Assembly (NCBI GenBank): GCA_029248105.1
Contig: JAQWJZ010000011.1
Location: 3,221-67,220, forward strand
Direction: 5' to 3'
Length of the DNA stretch: 64,000 bases
Source of the DNA: Flavobacteriales bacterium
GTDB lineage: Bacteria; Bacteroidota; Bacteroidia; Flavobacteriales; UBA7312
Under the pieces are notes generated by a model, which did not search any database, had not been told where the DNA came from, and saw only the letters and a program-made list of their open reading frames with translations. Both the position numbers and the translations under genes were made by a program. The stretch's first letter is position 1. Each line of letters begins with the position of its first letter. Positions 17,562 through 28,407 of the stretch are shown here, piece by piece.

Positions 17562-20382
17562 ATCAAAAGAAATGCTTCATGTTTTTGGAGCGAAAGAACA
17601 TAACCTTAAAAATGTCAATGTATCTATTCCTCGTAATGAGTTGGTAGTCATTACAGGACTTAGTGGTAGTGGCAAATCTTCTCTAGCTTTTGACACTATA
17701 TATGCTGAAGGACAAAGAAGATATATAGAAACATTTTCCGCCTATGCTAGACAATTCCTTGGCGGACTAGAACGACCTAAAGTTGACAAAATTAGTGGCT
17801 TGTCGCCAGTCATATCTATTGAGCAAAAAACAACGAGTAAAAATCCACGTTCAACCGTAGGTACCATAACAGAAATTTATGATTTTTTACGACTTCTTTA
17901 TGCTAGAGCATCGGATGCATACTCTTATAATACTGGTGAAAAGATGGTTTCTTACTCAGATGAAGAAATTCAATCTATTATCCTTAAAGAACTAAAACAA
18001 CAAAAAACAATAATCCTTGCTCCAGTAATTCGATCCAGAAAAGGGCATTATAGAGAGTTATTTGAACAAACCGCAAGGCAAGGGTTTTTAAGAGTCCGTG
18101 TAGATGGTGAATTGAGAGAAATTTCACCAGGCATGAAATTAGACCGTTTCAAGACACACGATATTGAAATAGTGGTTGATAAACTTGTGATTAAGAAAGA
18201 AAATGAAAAACGTATAAAACAATCCATAGAAACGGCTATGAAATATGGCAATGGGTTGATGATGACACTAGATATAGACACTAATAAAGAACGTTTTTTC
18301 AGCAGACAACTCATGTGTTCAAAAACAGGTATTTCTTATGCTCAAGCAGAACCCAATAGTTTTTCTTTTAACTCGCCAAAAGGAGCTTGTCAAAAATGTA
18401 ATGGATTAGGTATAGTGTCCAACATCGACTTAAATAAAATCATTACAAACGATACATTAAGTATCCAAAAAGGAGGAATTGCCCCCATTACCCAATCCAA
18501 TAGTTCATGGATAACAAATCAGATTGAAACAATCGGTAAAAAGTACGATTTCAATTTATCTACACCCATCAAAGATATTTCTCAACAAGGATTAGACGCC
18601 ATACTCTATGGCTCAAAAGAATCTTTTAATGTTGAACTTAAAAAAGCAGGGATAAACAAAACCTACAAAATCAATTTTGAAGGCATTATACCGTTCATCG
18701 AAGACCAATTCAAAAACGCATCTTCTCCAAGATTAAAACGTTGGGCAGCGGAGTATATGGTAAAAGAAAACTGTAAAGAATGTGAAGGTAGTCGATTAAA
18801 TAAAGAATCACTATTTTTTAAAATAGATGGTCTAAACATCGCCGAAGTGTCCAATATGGATATCGAAGAATTACAGAGTTGGATAAATGAATTAGAAAGT
18901 AAACTTTCAGAAAAACAAAATATAATAGCTAAGGAAATCATTAAAGAATTACGCAAAAGAGTTCAATTTCTTATTGATGTAGGACTAAACTACTTATCCC
19001 TCAATCGTTCTTCTAGAAGCTTATCTGGTGGTGAAAGTCAGCGTATTCGACTAGCTACTCAAATAGGCTCACAACTTACCGATGTCCTATATATTCTTGA
19101 TGAACCCAGTATTGGCCTACACCAAAGAGATAATCAAAAATTGATTAACTCATTAAAAGACTTGAGAGATATAGGAAACTCTGTTATTGTTGTAGAACAC
19201 GACAAAGATATGATAATGGCTGCTGATCATATTATTGATATAGGACCAGGCGCAGGTATTCATGGCGGACAAATCATCGCTGAAGGTAATGCTGAAAAAT
19301 TTATAAAGGAATCGTCATTGACCATTGATTATCTCAAGGGAAAAAAACGTATACATGTCAATCCAGAACGACGAAAAGGAACAAATAAAAGTATCGTAAT
19401 TAAAGGTGCTAGAGGTAATAACTTAAAGAACGTAACAGCCGAATTTCCACTAGGAACATTCATAGGCGTAATTGGAGTTTCAGGAAGTGGGAAAAGCACT
19501 TTGATAAACGAAACACTCTACCCTATTCTTAATCAACACTTTTATAACGCCGTTAAGAAACCTTTAGACTACGATTCCGTAAAAGGTTTAGAGCATATCG
19601 ACAAAGTAATAGAAGTAGATCAGTCTCCAATTGGTCGTACTCCACGTTCCAACCCAGCAACATACACGGGTGTGTTTTCTGAAATAAGAAACCTATTTGC
19701 TAATCATCCAGAATCAAAGGCAAGAGGTTACAAGGTAGGACGGTTTTCTTTTAATGTGACTGGCGGCAGATGCGAAGAATGTCAAGGTGCTGGTGTAAGA
19801 ACAATTGAAATGAATTTCTTGCCCGATGTACATGTCGATTGTGAGTACTGTAATGGTAAGCGATACAACAGAGAAACACTAGAAATAAGATATAAAGGCA
19901 AGTCAATTGCAGACATACTGGATATGAACATCAACCAAGCGCTAAGCTTTTTTGAAAATCATCCCAAAATAAATCGTCAAATAAAAACACTAGCAGAAGT
20001 TGGCTTAGGGTACATAAAGCTAGGACAACAATCTACTACCCTTTCAGGTGGAGAATCGCAACGAGTTAAACTTGCCAGCGAGTTATCCAAAAGAAGCACA
20101 GGCAACACCTTTTACATTCTTGACGAACCTACAACAGGACTGCATTTTGAAGATGTAAATGTATTACTACAAGTGTTGGAAAAACTCGTAAATAAAGGAA
20201 ATACAGTAGTTGTAATTGAACACAATCTAGATGTTATAAAAATGGCCGATCATATCATAGAGATTGGGCCTGATGGCGGAAGTAAAGGTGGGGAAATCAT
20301 AAATACAGGTACTCCAGAACAAATTATCCTTTCAAAAGAAGGCTATACTGCTTCATTTCTGAAAGAAGAATTAAAAAATTAA
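17554..20382 (+). CDS. uvrA: excinuclease ABC subunit A
   Basis: Two ABC modules ([18 protein letters not shown]; LSGGESQR twice) and zinc-finger CxxC pairs. It overlaps the upstream gene by 8 nt. Confidence 0.97.
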   Translation: MSKSKEMLHVFGAKEHNLKNVNVSIPRNELVVITGLSGSGKSSLAFDTIYAEGQRRYIETFSAYARQFLGGLERPKVDKISGLSPVISIEQKTTSKNPRSTVGTITEIYDFLRLLYARASDAYSYNTGEKMVSYSDEEIQSIILKELKQQKTIILAPVIRSRKGHYRELFEQTARQGFLRVRVDGELREISPGMKLDRFKTHDIEIVVDKLVIKKENEKRIKQSIETAMKYGNGLMMTLDIDTNKERFFSRQLMCSKTGISYAQAEPNSFSFNSPKGACQKCNGLGIVSNIDLNKIITNDTLSIQKGGIAPITQSNSSWITNQIETIGKKYDFNLSTPIKDISQQGLDAILYGSKESFNVELKKAGINKTYKINFEGIIPFIEDQFKNASSPRLKRWAAEYMVKENCKECEGSRLNKESLFFKIDGLNIAEVSNMDIEELQSWINELESKLSEKQNIIAKEIIKELRKRVQFLIDVGLNYLSLNRSSRSLSGGESQRIRLATQIGSQLTDVLYILDEPSIGLHQRDNQKLINSLKDLRDIGNSVIVVEHDKDMIMAADHIIDIGPGAGIHGGQIIAEGNAEKFIKESSLTIDYLKGKKRIHVNPERRKGTNKSIVIKGARGNNLKNVTAEFPLGTFIGVIGVSGSGKSTLINETLYPILNQHFYNAVKKPLDYDSVKGLEHIDKVIEVDQSPIGRTPRSNPATYTGVFSEIRNLFANHPESKARGYKVGRFSFNVTGGRCEECQGAGVRTIEMNFLPDVHVDCEYCNGKRYNRETLEIRYKGKSIADILDMNINQALSFFENHPKINRQIKTLAEVGLGYIKLGQQSTTLSGGESQRVKLASELSKRSTGNTFYILDEPTTGLHFEDVNVLLQVLEKLVNKGNTVVVIEHNLDVIKMADHIIEIGPDGGSKGGEIINTGTPEQIILSKEGYTASFLKEELKN

Positions 20383-20398
20383 CTAACATATATAAATT

Positions 20399-21097
20399 AT
20401 GAAAAAAATTGAAAAAGCATTCGAAAACAAAAATTGGAATGAAATAAAAACTAAAGACTCATGGCAAATTTTTAAAATAATGGCTGAATTTGTTCAGGCA
20501 TTTGAAACACTATCAAAGATTGGTCCATGTGTATCTATATTTGGTTCTGCACGAACTAAAGCAGACAATACCTATTATAAAATGGCTGAAGATATTGCTG
20601 AAAAATTAACCTCTAAAGGCTATGGAATTATCACAGGAGGCGGTTTTGGTATTATGGAAGCAGGAAACAAAGGTGCTCACAAAGGTCAAGGTAAATCTGT
20701 TGGTCTAAATATAGATTTACCCTTTGAACAGGAAGCAAATAGTTATATTGACAATGATAAGTTAATAAATTTTGATTATTTCTTTGTGAGGAAGGTAATG
20801 TTCGTAAAATACGCTCAAGGATTCGTTGTTATGCCTGGTGGTGTGGGTACTTTAGACGAGCTATTTGAGGCTATTACTCTCATACAAACACAAAAAATTG
20901 CTGCATTTCCAATTGTATTGGTCGGCAAAAACTATTGGAGCGGTTTAATTAGCTGGATGAAAAATGTAATGTTGGAACAAGAACAAAATATAAGCCCTGA
21001 AGATTTAGACCTATTTACTCTAGTAGATACAGCAGATGAAGCCGTAGATTATATAGATAATTTCTATTCAAAATATTTGCTAAAGCCAAACTTCTAA
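20399..21097 (+). CDS. LOG family (TIGR00730) Rossmann-fold nucleotide-binding protein
   Basis: GGGFGIMEA and PGGVGTLDEL (PGGxGTxxE) signature motifs. Confidence 0.85.
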   Translation: MKKIEKAFENKNWNEIKTKDSWQIFKIMAEFVQAFETLSKIGPCVSIFGSARTKADNTYYKMAEDIAEKLTSKGYGIITGGGFGIMEAGNKGAHKGQGKSVGLNIDLPFEQEANSYIDNDKLINFDYFFVRKVMFVKYAQGFVVMPGGVGTLDELFEAITLIQTQKIAAFPIVLVGKNYWSGLISWMKNVMLEQEQNISPEDLDLFTLVDTADEAVDYIDNFYSKYLLKPNF

Positions 21098-21150
21098 TTC
21101 TAAGCTAAATTTCTTAGTTTTACAAGCGTTCAAAACCAATAAGAATCTCG

Positions 21151-23286
21151 ATGAAAAAATTCATTGCTACAGCGCTGTTAACTTTATTATTTTCTGTTAC
21201 AGCATGGTCACAAATCCCAGACCCAGCCTATATCCCCCTAGAATATCAAGATACAGTGGTATCGGAAACTACGAATACTGACAGCTCTGAATCTGGTATT
21301 TTGGAGGCTACCAATAAATCTGAAAAAATCAAACTGCAACCCAAATTACATATCGGATTTGGTAATTTTAACTTTAAAGGTGATATTTCCGACAATCGTA
21401 ATACTGGGATTATTGGTCAGTCTGGCTTTCAAATTGGATTATCAGCCAACCTAAGCGAATATGTAGATGCTACTATCATGATGGAAGAGGGTATTGTGCG
21501 TGTTGATGGTATTAATCAAGATGAATTGCCTACAAATTTCATGAGTACTATCAATACTATTGGTATTCGATTTAACTACAACTTCAAAAATGTATTCAAC
21601 AATAAGCTTTTAACCCCATATGTAGGACTTGGCTTGTCTTACCTTAAATTCGACTCTAAAGGCTCATATGATAATACAAATAATGAATACGAAATAGATT
21701 TATTAAGCCAATGGTTGCTAGACCCTGCTAACTCTGAAGCTTACAGTCAAAAAGGTATAGACATACCATTATCATTAGGTTTAAACCTTAAAATTAACGA
21801 TAGGTTAAATTTCAAGGTTGGAACATCTTACCACTACACCAATACAGATTATATAGATAATATTGAAAATGGTTCTTCAGATAAATACTTTGTCAATTCA
21901 GCCCACATAGTATACGACCTACATTGTTACAGTTGTGAGGAAAAATATATTCCTAAAGTTCATGACGACTACTTAGCCGTAAACTTTGACGAACTAGACC
22001 GAGAAGACGAAGATAAAGATGGTGTAGTTGATATTGATGATTTCTGTATCGGTACTCCAAGAGGTGTTGAAGTGGATGCTCAAGGCTGTCCTATAGATAC
22101 TGACAACGATAATGTACCAGATTACTTAGACAAAGAAGCAAACACTCCAAAGGGCGCTGTTGTTAATGCAGAAGGTATTCAACTAACAGACAAAATGAGT
22201 GAAGCGATATATCTTGCTTACATTAACTCCGCATCGAGAAAAGATGCTAACTCTTACTTTGAAGATACATACCCTACTGACAAATTCATTAAACTAACCA
22301 AGAAAGTAGTTAATGTTCAAGGTGATACCTTAATGGTAGATATCTACAAACCAAGAGTATTCCAACAAATATATAATCAACAAAAAGAGTTTGAAGATGC
22401 TGTAACACCAGCTCAATATGTTGATCTCAGCTCAAAAGTTATATACAAACTGCAAATTGCAAAACATGCAGAAGGTATTGAAGCAGCTGAAATAAATAGA
22501 CTAATGAGTATCATTAACATCAAAAGCACATTAGAAGGTGATTATACTGTTTACTACACAGGTGAGTTTGAAGATGTATTAAAAGCTAGACAAAAGCAGA
22601 AACAGCTCCTCAACAGTGGCTACAAAGATGTATATGTGATAGAAGACAAACAAGGTGACTTAAGAACAGTATCATCTAGTGAGATGGATAGAGAGAGAAA
22701 TAGAAGAGCTTCTGCAAAGCTTGAAGATTTACCACCTCTTGAAGATATCGTTTTCCGAGTTCAGCTAGACGTACTTAAAGAAGTTGATTTAGATTTTTAT
22801 GATCTAGATGAATTAGTAGTCTTTGAAGGTAAAGATGGCTTTAAACATGTATTTACCGAAGGATATGGCTCATATGAAGAGGCATTAGAACGTAGAAATG
22901 AGTTATACTTCATGAGTTATGAAAACTCTAAAGTTGTAGCGATAAAAGAAGGTCAAATCGTTGAAGCTAAAGATTACATGGATTTAGCTTACACCGAAGA
23001 TAACGCTGCAGTATATGGCGATGTAATTTTCAAAGTACAATTGGGAATATACAGTAAAAATGATGTCGTGGAACTAAGTAAGTTGAATGAGTTAGAAGGT
23101 GTAGAAAAAACAGAAATCTCTGAAGGCATACACCGATTTACTATTGGCACTTACACTAGTATTCAAGGTGCTATGCTTAAACTAAACAAAGTATCCAAGA
23201 AAGGTTTCGAAGGCTCATACATTATTGCTTTCTACAACGATGAACAGATATCAATTAAGAAAGCTAAAGAATTAATAGGATTTTAA
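21151..23286 (+). CDS. outer-membrane beta-barrel protein with thrombospondin type-3 repeats and three SPOR-like C-terminal repeats
   Basis: Signal peptide, then alternating beta-strand region to about aa 240. The D-rich TSP3 segment is DEDKDGVVDIDDFC...DTDNDNVPDYLD. Three ~80-aa repeats follow (IYKLQIA..., VFRVQLD..., IFKVQLG...). Confidence 0.65.
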   Translation: MKKFIATALLTLLFSVTAWSQIPDPAYIPLEYQDTVVSETTNTDSSESGILEATNKSEKIKLQPKLHIGFGNFNFKGDISDNRNTGIIGQSGFQIGLSANLSEYVDATIMMEEGIVRVDGINQDELPTNFMSTINTIGIRFNYNFKNVFNNKLLTPYVGLGLSYLKFDSKGSYDNTNNEYEIDLLSQWLLDPANSEAYSQKGIDIPLSLGLNLKINDRLNFKVGTSYHYTNTDYIDNIENGSSDKYFVNSAHIVYDLHCYSCEEKYIPKVHDDYLAVNFDELDREDEDKDGVVDIDDFCIGTPRGVEVDAQGCPIDTDNDNVPDYLDKEANTPKGAVVNAEGIQLTDKMSEAIYLAYINSASRKDANSYFEDTYPTDKFIKLTKKVVNVQGDTLMVDIYKPRVFQQIYNQQKEFEDAVTPAQYVDLSSKVIYKLQIAKHAEGIEAAEINRLMSIINIKSTLEGDYTVYYTGEFEDVLKARQKQKQLLNSGYKDVYVIEDKQGDLRTVSSSEMDRERNRRASAKLEDLPPLEDIVFRVQLDVLKEVDLDFYDLDELVVFEGKDGFKHVFTEGYGSYEEALERRNELYFMSYENSKVVAIKEGQIVEAKDYMDLAYTEDNAAVYGDVIFKVQLGIYSKNDVVELSKLNELEGVEKTEISEGIHRFTIGTYTSIQGAMLKLNKVSKKGFEGSYIIAFYNDEQISIKKAKELIGF

Positions 23287-23297
23287 GATTCATTAAT

Positions 23298-23330
23298 AAA
23301 AAAAGCGACCTAATCAGTCGCTTTTTTTTT
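23298..23330. terminator. bidirectional intrinsic terminator
   Basis: A7 run, stem GCGAC (23305-23309) pairing with GTCGC (23317-23321) around a 7-nt loop, then a T9 run. The right arm overlaps the last codons (KKKATD) of the convergent minus-strand gene. Confidence 0.6.
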
Positions 23331-24491
23331 GCTTAATTTTTTTGAACCTTCATACATTTGATATTTTAAAAAGCGACATTCTAACTTACCGTTAAATATT
23401 TTTATTCTTCGGGTATGCTTAAGATGAATATTATTTACCGCTTCCATATCAGAAGTTATTAACCAAGCCGAACAACCAGCATAATTCTTTTTGAAAGTAT
23501 CTCCAATCTGTGAGTATAACTCTATAGTATCCACATTCAATCGCTCACCATAAGGAGGATTAAATAATATAGTACCACCATTTGGCATAGGCTCTGGCTT
23601 TCTAACAAAATTGGCTCTTTTTATTTCAATAATATCATCAAGCATCGCATCTTTAACATTATCTTGAGCCTTTCGAACAGATGCAAAAGCTCTATCACAA
23701 CCAATTATCCTGCCCTCAAAATCACTTACCTTATTCATGGAAACTTCTTTAATCTTTGTCCATAAATCAGCATCGAAGTCAATCCAGTTCATAAAACAGA
23801 ATTTCTTTCTATGTAAAGACGGTGGAATATTACATGCAATCATTGCCGCTTCTATAAGTATAGTTCCTGAACCACACATCGGGTCAAGAAAATCACTTTG
23901 CCTATCCCAGTCACTCAATAAAATTAGACCAGCAGCCAATACTTCACTAATTGGCGCCTCATTAGTAGCATGTCTATAACCTCTTTTATGTAAAGAATCT
24001 CCAGAACTATCTAAAGAAATAGTACACTTATCATTAGAAACATGAATGTTAATCCTTACATCGGGGTTTTTAGTATCAACATCGGGCCTTCTTCCTTTTG
24101 TTAAATCTCTAAAGTAATCTACTATAGCATCTTTCACTTTTAGAGCTACATAATGACTATGATTAAAAAAGTCCGAATGAACTGCTGCATTTACTGCAAT
24201 AGTATTCTCTACACTAATGTATTTTGACCAATCCAATTTTTTAGCTTCTTCATACAACTCCACATCTCTACGAGCAGTAAACTTATAGATTGGCTTAAGT
24301 ATTCGAATAGCTGTTCGGAGATTTAAATTAGCCTTATACATAAAGCCTAAATCGCCAACAAAACCTACAGCTCTATTCAAAACTTGAACGTCTTGAGCAC
24401 CTAATTGTCGAAGCTCATCTGCTAATATTTCTTCTAATCCCAATTGCGTTTTAGCAATCATATTAAAATTATCTGTGGTGCTATTTTTCAT
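23310..24491 (-). CDS. THUMP-domain class I SAM-dependent RNA methyltransferase (RlmL/COG0116-like)
   Basis: N-terminal THUMP region, SAM motif I DPMCGSGT and motif IV NPPYGERL. Confidence 0.85.
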   Translation of the reverse strand: MKNSTTDNFNMIAKTQLGLEEILADELRQLGAQDVQVLNRAVGFVGDLGFMYKANLNLRTAIRILKPIYKFTARRDVELYEEAKKLDWSKYISVENTIAVNAAVHSDFFNHSHYVALKVKDAIVDYFRDLTKGRRPDVDTKNPDVRINIHVSNDKCTISLDSSGDSLHKRGYRHATNEAPISEVLAAGLILLSDWDRQSDFLDPMCGSGTILIEAAMIACNIPPSLHRKKFCFMNWIDFDADLWTKIKEVSMNKVSDFEGRIIGCDRAFASVRKAQDNVKDAMLDDIIEIKRANFVRKPEPMPNGGTILFNPPYGERLNVDTIELYSQIGDTFKKNYAGCSAWLITSDMEAVNNIHLKHTRRIKIFNGKLECRFLKYQMYEGSKKLSKKKATD

Positions 24492-24526
24492 TGGGCTAAT
24501 TTAATCAAATAATACAGTAATAAATT

Positions 24527-24534
24527 TATATTTG
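24527..24534 (+). promoter_or_regulatory. Bacteroidota -7 box TATATTTG (leaderless-type spacing)
   Basis: Exact TAnnTTTG 4 nt upstream of ATG 24539. Confidence 0.4.
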
Positions 24535-24538
24535 AACA

Positions 24539-25261
24539 ATGAAAAATTGGTTCGACACTTGGTTCAACACCCCCTACTACCATCTCCTGTATAAGGATAG
24601 AAATATGGATGAAGCAGAGTTTTTTTTGAAAAACCTTTTAAACCATTTAATGCCTAATAAAGACGATAAGTTTTTAGATATTGCTTGTGGAAAAGGAAGA
24701 CACGCCATATTTATAAACAAAATGGGATACAATATTGAAGGCATAGATCTTTCTAAAGAAAGTATCCAATACGCTAATAGCTTTACTAATAATAAGCTGA
24801 ATTTCAACGTTCACGATATGCGTAATTATTACAAGAAGGACGAATTCGATGTTGTACTCAATATTTTTACCAGTTTTGGATATTTTGACAATCCAGGAGA
24901 TAACCTTAAGGCCATACAAGCCATGTCTGATAATCTAAAAAAAGGTGGGAAAATAATTCTTGACTTTATGAATGCCAAAAAGGTTGTTAATGAACTTGTT
25001 ACTAGTGAATTAAAGACCGTCGAAAATATCGATTTTAATATTAAAAGAAGCTATGAAAACGGCTACATCTTCAAGGATATTTATTTCACTGATACTGAAG
25101 AGTACCACTTCCAAGAAAAAGTTCAAGCACTATTCCTATCTGATTTTATTGATTTATTTGAAAAATCTGATTTGAAAATCATAAATTTGTGGGGAGATTA
25201 TTCACTTAATGATTTTAACACTATCCATTCACCTCGTCTTATTATACTAGCACAGAAATGA
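24539..25261 (+). CDS. class I SAM-dependent methyltransferase
   Basis: Motif I LDIACGKGRH, followed by DLS and a VLNIFTSFGY post-I/II pattern. Confidence 0.8.
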   Translation: MKNWFDTWFNTPYYHLLYKDRNMDEAEFFLKNLLNHLMPNKDDKFLDIACGKGRHAIFINKMGYNIEGIDLSKESIQYANSFTNNKLNFNVHDMRNYYKKDEFDVVLNIFTSFGYFDNPGDNLKAIQAMSDNLKKGGKIILDFMNAKKVVNELVTSELKTVENIDFNIKRSYENGYIFKDIYFTDTEEYHFQEKVQALFLSDFIDLFEKSDLKIINLWGDYSLNDFNTIHSPRLIILAQK

Positions 25262-25959
25262 CAATTACTGATTACATTATATTATTATCATCTGTTTTCG
25301 TAGGTGCACTGATTGCATTTTATATAAAAAACATATCACAAAACAATACCAAGCTACTCATTTCGTTTAGTGGTGCTTATTTGTTTTCTATTACTGTTTT
25401 ACATCTAATACCAGAAACCTTTGCAGGACAACATAATCACATCATTGGATTATTTATACTTATCGGATTTTTTATTCAAATAATTCTAGAACATTTTTCT
25501 AAAGGTGTGGAACATGGTCATGGTCACGTACACGGAAGCATTCCTATTAGTATCCTTATAGGCCTAAGTATACATTCCTTTATTGAAGGTATGCCTCTAG
25601 GCAATCCTCATCATCATTCACACATGCATTCTTCTTTATTATCAGCCATTGCGCTACACAAAATACCTGTAGGTATAGTACTTACGCATATGCTCATTGA
25701 AAGTAAGATGTCTAAGTTGAAAATTATTTTATTGATTAGTGCATTTGCTATAACAACCCCTCTAGGAACATTATTCAGTCAGTATATCAGTAATATCTCT
25801 AATTATTATAGTGAAATAATGGCTATTGTTATTGGCATGTTCTTACATATTTCAACGACCATTTTATTCGAAAGTAGCGAAGGACACCACTTTAATAGCC
25901 GTAAAGCAATCGCCATTTTCTTAGGAACAAGCATCGCTCTGATAAGCACATTTTTATGA
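25258..25959 (+). CDS. ZIP family metal (zinc) transporter
   Basis: Multi-TM protein with His-rich loops HGHGHVHG and HHHSHMH, plus the HSFIEGMPLG ZIP signature. ATGA overlaps at both ends. Confidence 0.8.
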   Translation: MTITDYIILLSSVFVGALIAFYIKNISQNNTKLLISFSGAYLFSITVLHLIPETFAGQHNHIIGLFILIGFFIQIILEHFSKGVEHGHGHVHGSIPISILIGLSIHSFIEGMPLGNPHHHSHMHSSLLSAIALHKIPVGIVLTHMLIESKMSKLKIILLISAFAITTPLGTLFSQYISNISNYYSEIMAIVIGMFLHISTTILFESSEGHHFNSRKAIAIFLGTSIALISTFL

Positions 25960-26465
25960 TTAAAAGAATTATAATTACTGGTGGCCCTTGTAGTGGCAAA
26001 ACAAGTATTATTGAAGCCTTGAAAGAGCGTGAGTATTATTGTTTTAATGAAGTATCAAGAGAAATAATACAAGACATGGATATCAAAACGGCATTTAAAA
26101 ATATTGACTTTGAGGAAGCTGTTTTTAAAAAGAGAAAGAAAGATTTTCTAGACGCCAAACCAGGTGTTAATTTTTACGATAGAAGTATGCTAGACAACAT
26201 AGCCTATCTAAAGAATAACAAACACTCTATTCCTAATCATTTTATCAAAGCTTGTGAAGAACATCGTTATCATTCAAAGGTATTTATAACCATTCCATGG
26301 GAAGAGATATACCATAAAGATAACGAAAGGTTAGAAAACTTTAAGGATTCTATTTTAATTTTCGAAGCATTAAAACAGGTCTATAAAGAAGCAGGGTATA
26401 ATCTAGTAGAACTACCCAAGCTAAGTGTTAAAGAGCGCATAACACGCATCATCAATGAAATCTAA
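25956..26465 (+). CDS. P-loop ATPase (AAA_28/NadR-kinase-like)
   Basis: Walker A ITGGPCSGKTS at the N-terminus. Small 169-aa kinase-like fold. Confidence 0.7.
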   Translation: MIKRIIITGGPCSGKTSIIEALKEREYYCFNEVSREIIQDMDIKTAFKNIDFEEAVFKKRKKDFLDAKPGVNFYDRSMLDNIAYLKNNKHSIPNHFIKACEEHRYHSKVFITIPWEEIYHKDNERLENFKDSILIFEALKQVYKEAGYNLVELPKLSVKERITRIINEI

Positions 26466-26482
26466 TTCTTATCTTCGTAAAG

Positions 26483-28387
26483 ATGTTGAGCCCACAAGAA
26501 ATTCTAAAACAATATTGGGGTTACGATTCTTTTCGAAGTAAACAAGAAGAAGCAATACATTCAGTTCTTGATGCAAAAGACACTCTAACCCTCCTACCAA
26601 CAGGTGGTGGAAAATCTATTTGCTTCCAAGTACCCGCCCTCATGATGGAAGGAATTTGCATAGTAATTTCTCCACTCATTGCGCTTATGAACGATCAGGT
26701 GACAGCATTAAAAGCCAAAAATATTCGTGCTTTAGCTATCACCTCTGGAATGAGTTTTTCAGAAGTGGACATCGCCCTTGACAATTGCATACATGGAAAC
26801 TATAAGTTTCTTTACTTATCTCCAGAAAGACTAGAAAGTGAGATGGTTCAACAACGCTTAAAGAAAATGAACATCAATCTTTTGGCAGTAGATGAAGCCC
26901 ACTGTATCTCCGAATGGGGTTATAATTTCAGACCTTCTTATTTAAGAATTGCCGAAATTCGAGAAATTACAAACGCTCCAATAATTGCTCTCACTGCTAC
27001 TGCAACGCCACTTGTTACTAAAGATATACAAGAGAAATTAAAATTTACCGACGATAATATTATCAGTACAAGTTTTTTTAGAGAAGAATTATCTTATGTC
27101 GTTCTAAAACAAGATGACAAAGACAGCAAACTCATTCAAATCCTCAATAGAGTCAAGGGAACATCTATTGTTTATTGTAGAACCCGTAAAGAAACTAAAC
27201 GAGTTCATCAGTTACTTTCAGAGTATGGTATTAGCTCACACTTTTATCATGCAGGTTTAGATGTCTTAGATAGAGCCTCAAAACAAAAACAATGGCAACT
27301 AAACCACGTTAGAGTAATGGTAGCAACAAATGCCTTTGGAATGGGAATTGACAAAGCTGATGTGAGATTAGTTATTCATAACCATCTACCTTTTTCTTTA
27401 GAAGCTTATTTTCAAGAAGCAGGAAGAGCCGGAAGAGATAGAAAGCTAGCTTATTCCATATTGTTATATAATGACTTAGATATTCATAATTTAAATAAGC
27501 AAATCAGTGATCACTACCCAGAAATAGATGTTGTGAGAAACGTATACCAACAAATGGCTAATTTTTTTGGCATCGCTATTGGCGATGGTAAACATCAAGA
27601 ATTTCAATTTCACATAAACGAATTCTGTGAACGCTATAATTTAAATCAACTACAAACATATAATGTCCTTAAACTATTAGAAAAGGAAGATTACATTAAG
27701 CTAAGCGAAGCAATACACCAACCGTCAAGGGTATATATTAAAGTTTCGCATACTGAACTCTATCAATTCCAAATTGCTAACAAACAGTATGATTTGCTTC
27801 TAAAAATCCTATTACGTTCTTACGGTTCTCTATTTGATAATTTCACAAAAATTCAAGAAAATATAATTGCTAAAAGAACCCAACTAACAACTCAAGAGGT
27901 AAAAGATTTTCTATTTAAACTAGAGAAAATGGATATCTTGGACTATATCCCTCAGAATAGCAATCCTAAACTTTTATTACTAAAAACTAGAGTCGATTCT
28001 AAACATATTAGTCTATCTAAAGAAACAATAGAAACTAGAAAAGCTAATGAAGAAGCAAAAGCTGCTTCAGTTATACAATATGCAAGCAATCAATATCAAT
28101 GTAGAAGTAGTGTTTTGCAAAAATATTTTGGAGAAGAAAATAAAGAAAGGTGTAATAAATGCGATGTTTGTCTAGAGAGAAACAAGTTAAAAATAAACGA
28201 TCAAGAATTTGATGATATTATGAAAGCCATCGAAAAGCTAATTAGCCAAAAACCTATGTACATAGACGATATTATAATGTCTATTGTAGAGTTTAGAGAA
28301 GATAAAATGGTAAACGTTCTTCAATTTTTAAGCGATAATGGACAAATAGCATTTAATGATGAACAAAAGCTATATTGGATTTACTAA
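26483..28387 (+). CDS. RecQ-family ATP-dependent DNA helicase
   Basis: PTGGGKS motif I, DEAH box (VDEAHCISEWG), TATAT, QEAGRAGRD motif VI, and a C-terminal Cys cluster CRSS...CNKCDVC. Confidence 0.9.
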   Translation: MLSPQEILKQYWGYDSFRSKQEEAIHSVLDAKDTLTLLPTGGGKSICFQVPALMMEGICIVISPLIALMNDQVTALKAKNIRALAITSGMSFSEVDIALDNCIHGNYKFLYLSPERLESEMVQQRLKKMNINLLAVDEAHCISEWGYNFRPSYLRIAEIREITNAPIIALTATATPLVTKDIQEKLKFTDDNIISTSFFREELSYVVLKQDDKDSKLIQILNRVKGTSIVYCRTRKETKRVHQLLSEYGISSHFYHAGLDVLDRASKQKQWQLNHVRVMVATNAFGMGIDKADVRLVIHNHLPFSLEAYFQEAGRAGRDRKLAYSILLYNDLDIHNLNKQISDHYPEIDVVRNVYQQMANFFGIAIGDGKHQEFQFHINEFCERYNLNQLQTYNVLKLLEKEDYIKLSEAIHQPSRVYIKVSHTELYQFQIANKQYDLLLKILLRSYGSLFDNFTKIQENIIAKRTQLTTQEVKDFLFKLEKMDILDYIPQNSNPKLLLLKTRVDSKHISLSKETIETRKANEEAKAASVIQYASNQYQCRSSVLQKYFGEENKERCNKCDVCLERNKLKINDQEFDDIMKAIEKLISQKPMYIDDIIMSIVEFREDKMVNVLQFLSDNGQIAFNDEQKLYWIY

Positions 28388-28407
28388 AAAGTGTAATTTC
28401 GTCGCAT

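Noticed and set aside
25956-28387. P-loop ATPase plus RecQ-family helicase considered as a possible anti-phage defence pair.
   Set aside because: Both sit in a tightly overlapped housekeeping string (methyltransferase-ZIP-ATPase, then recQ-fmt-trmH). No nuclease, sensor or mobile-element context is present, and composition matches the neighbours. They look like core genes.
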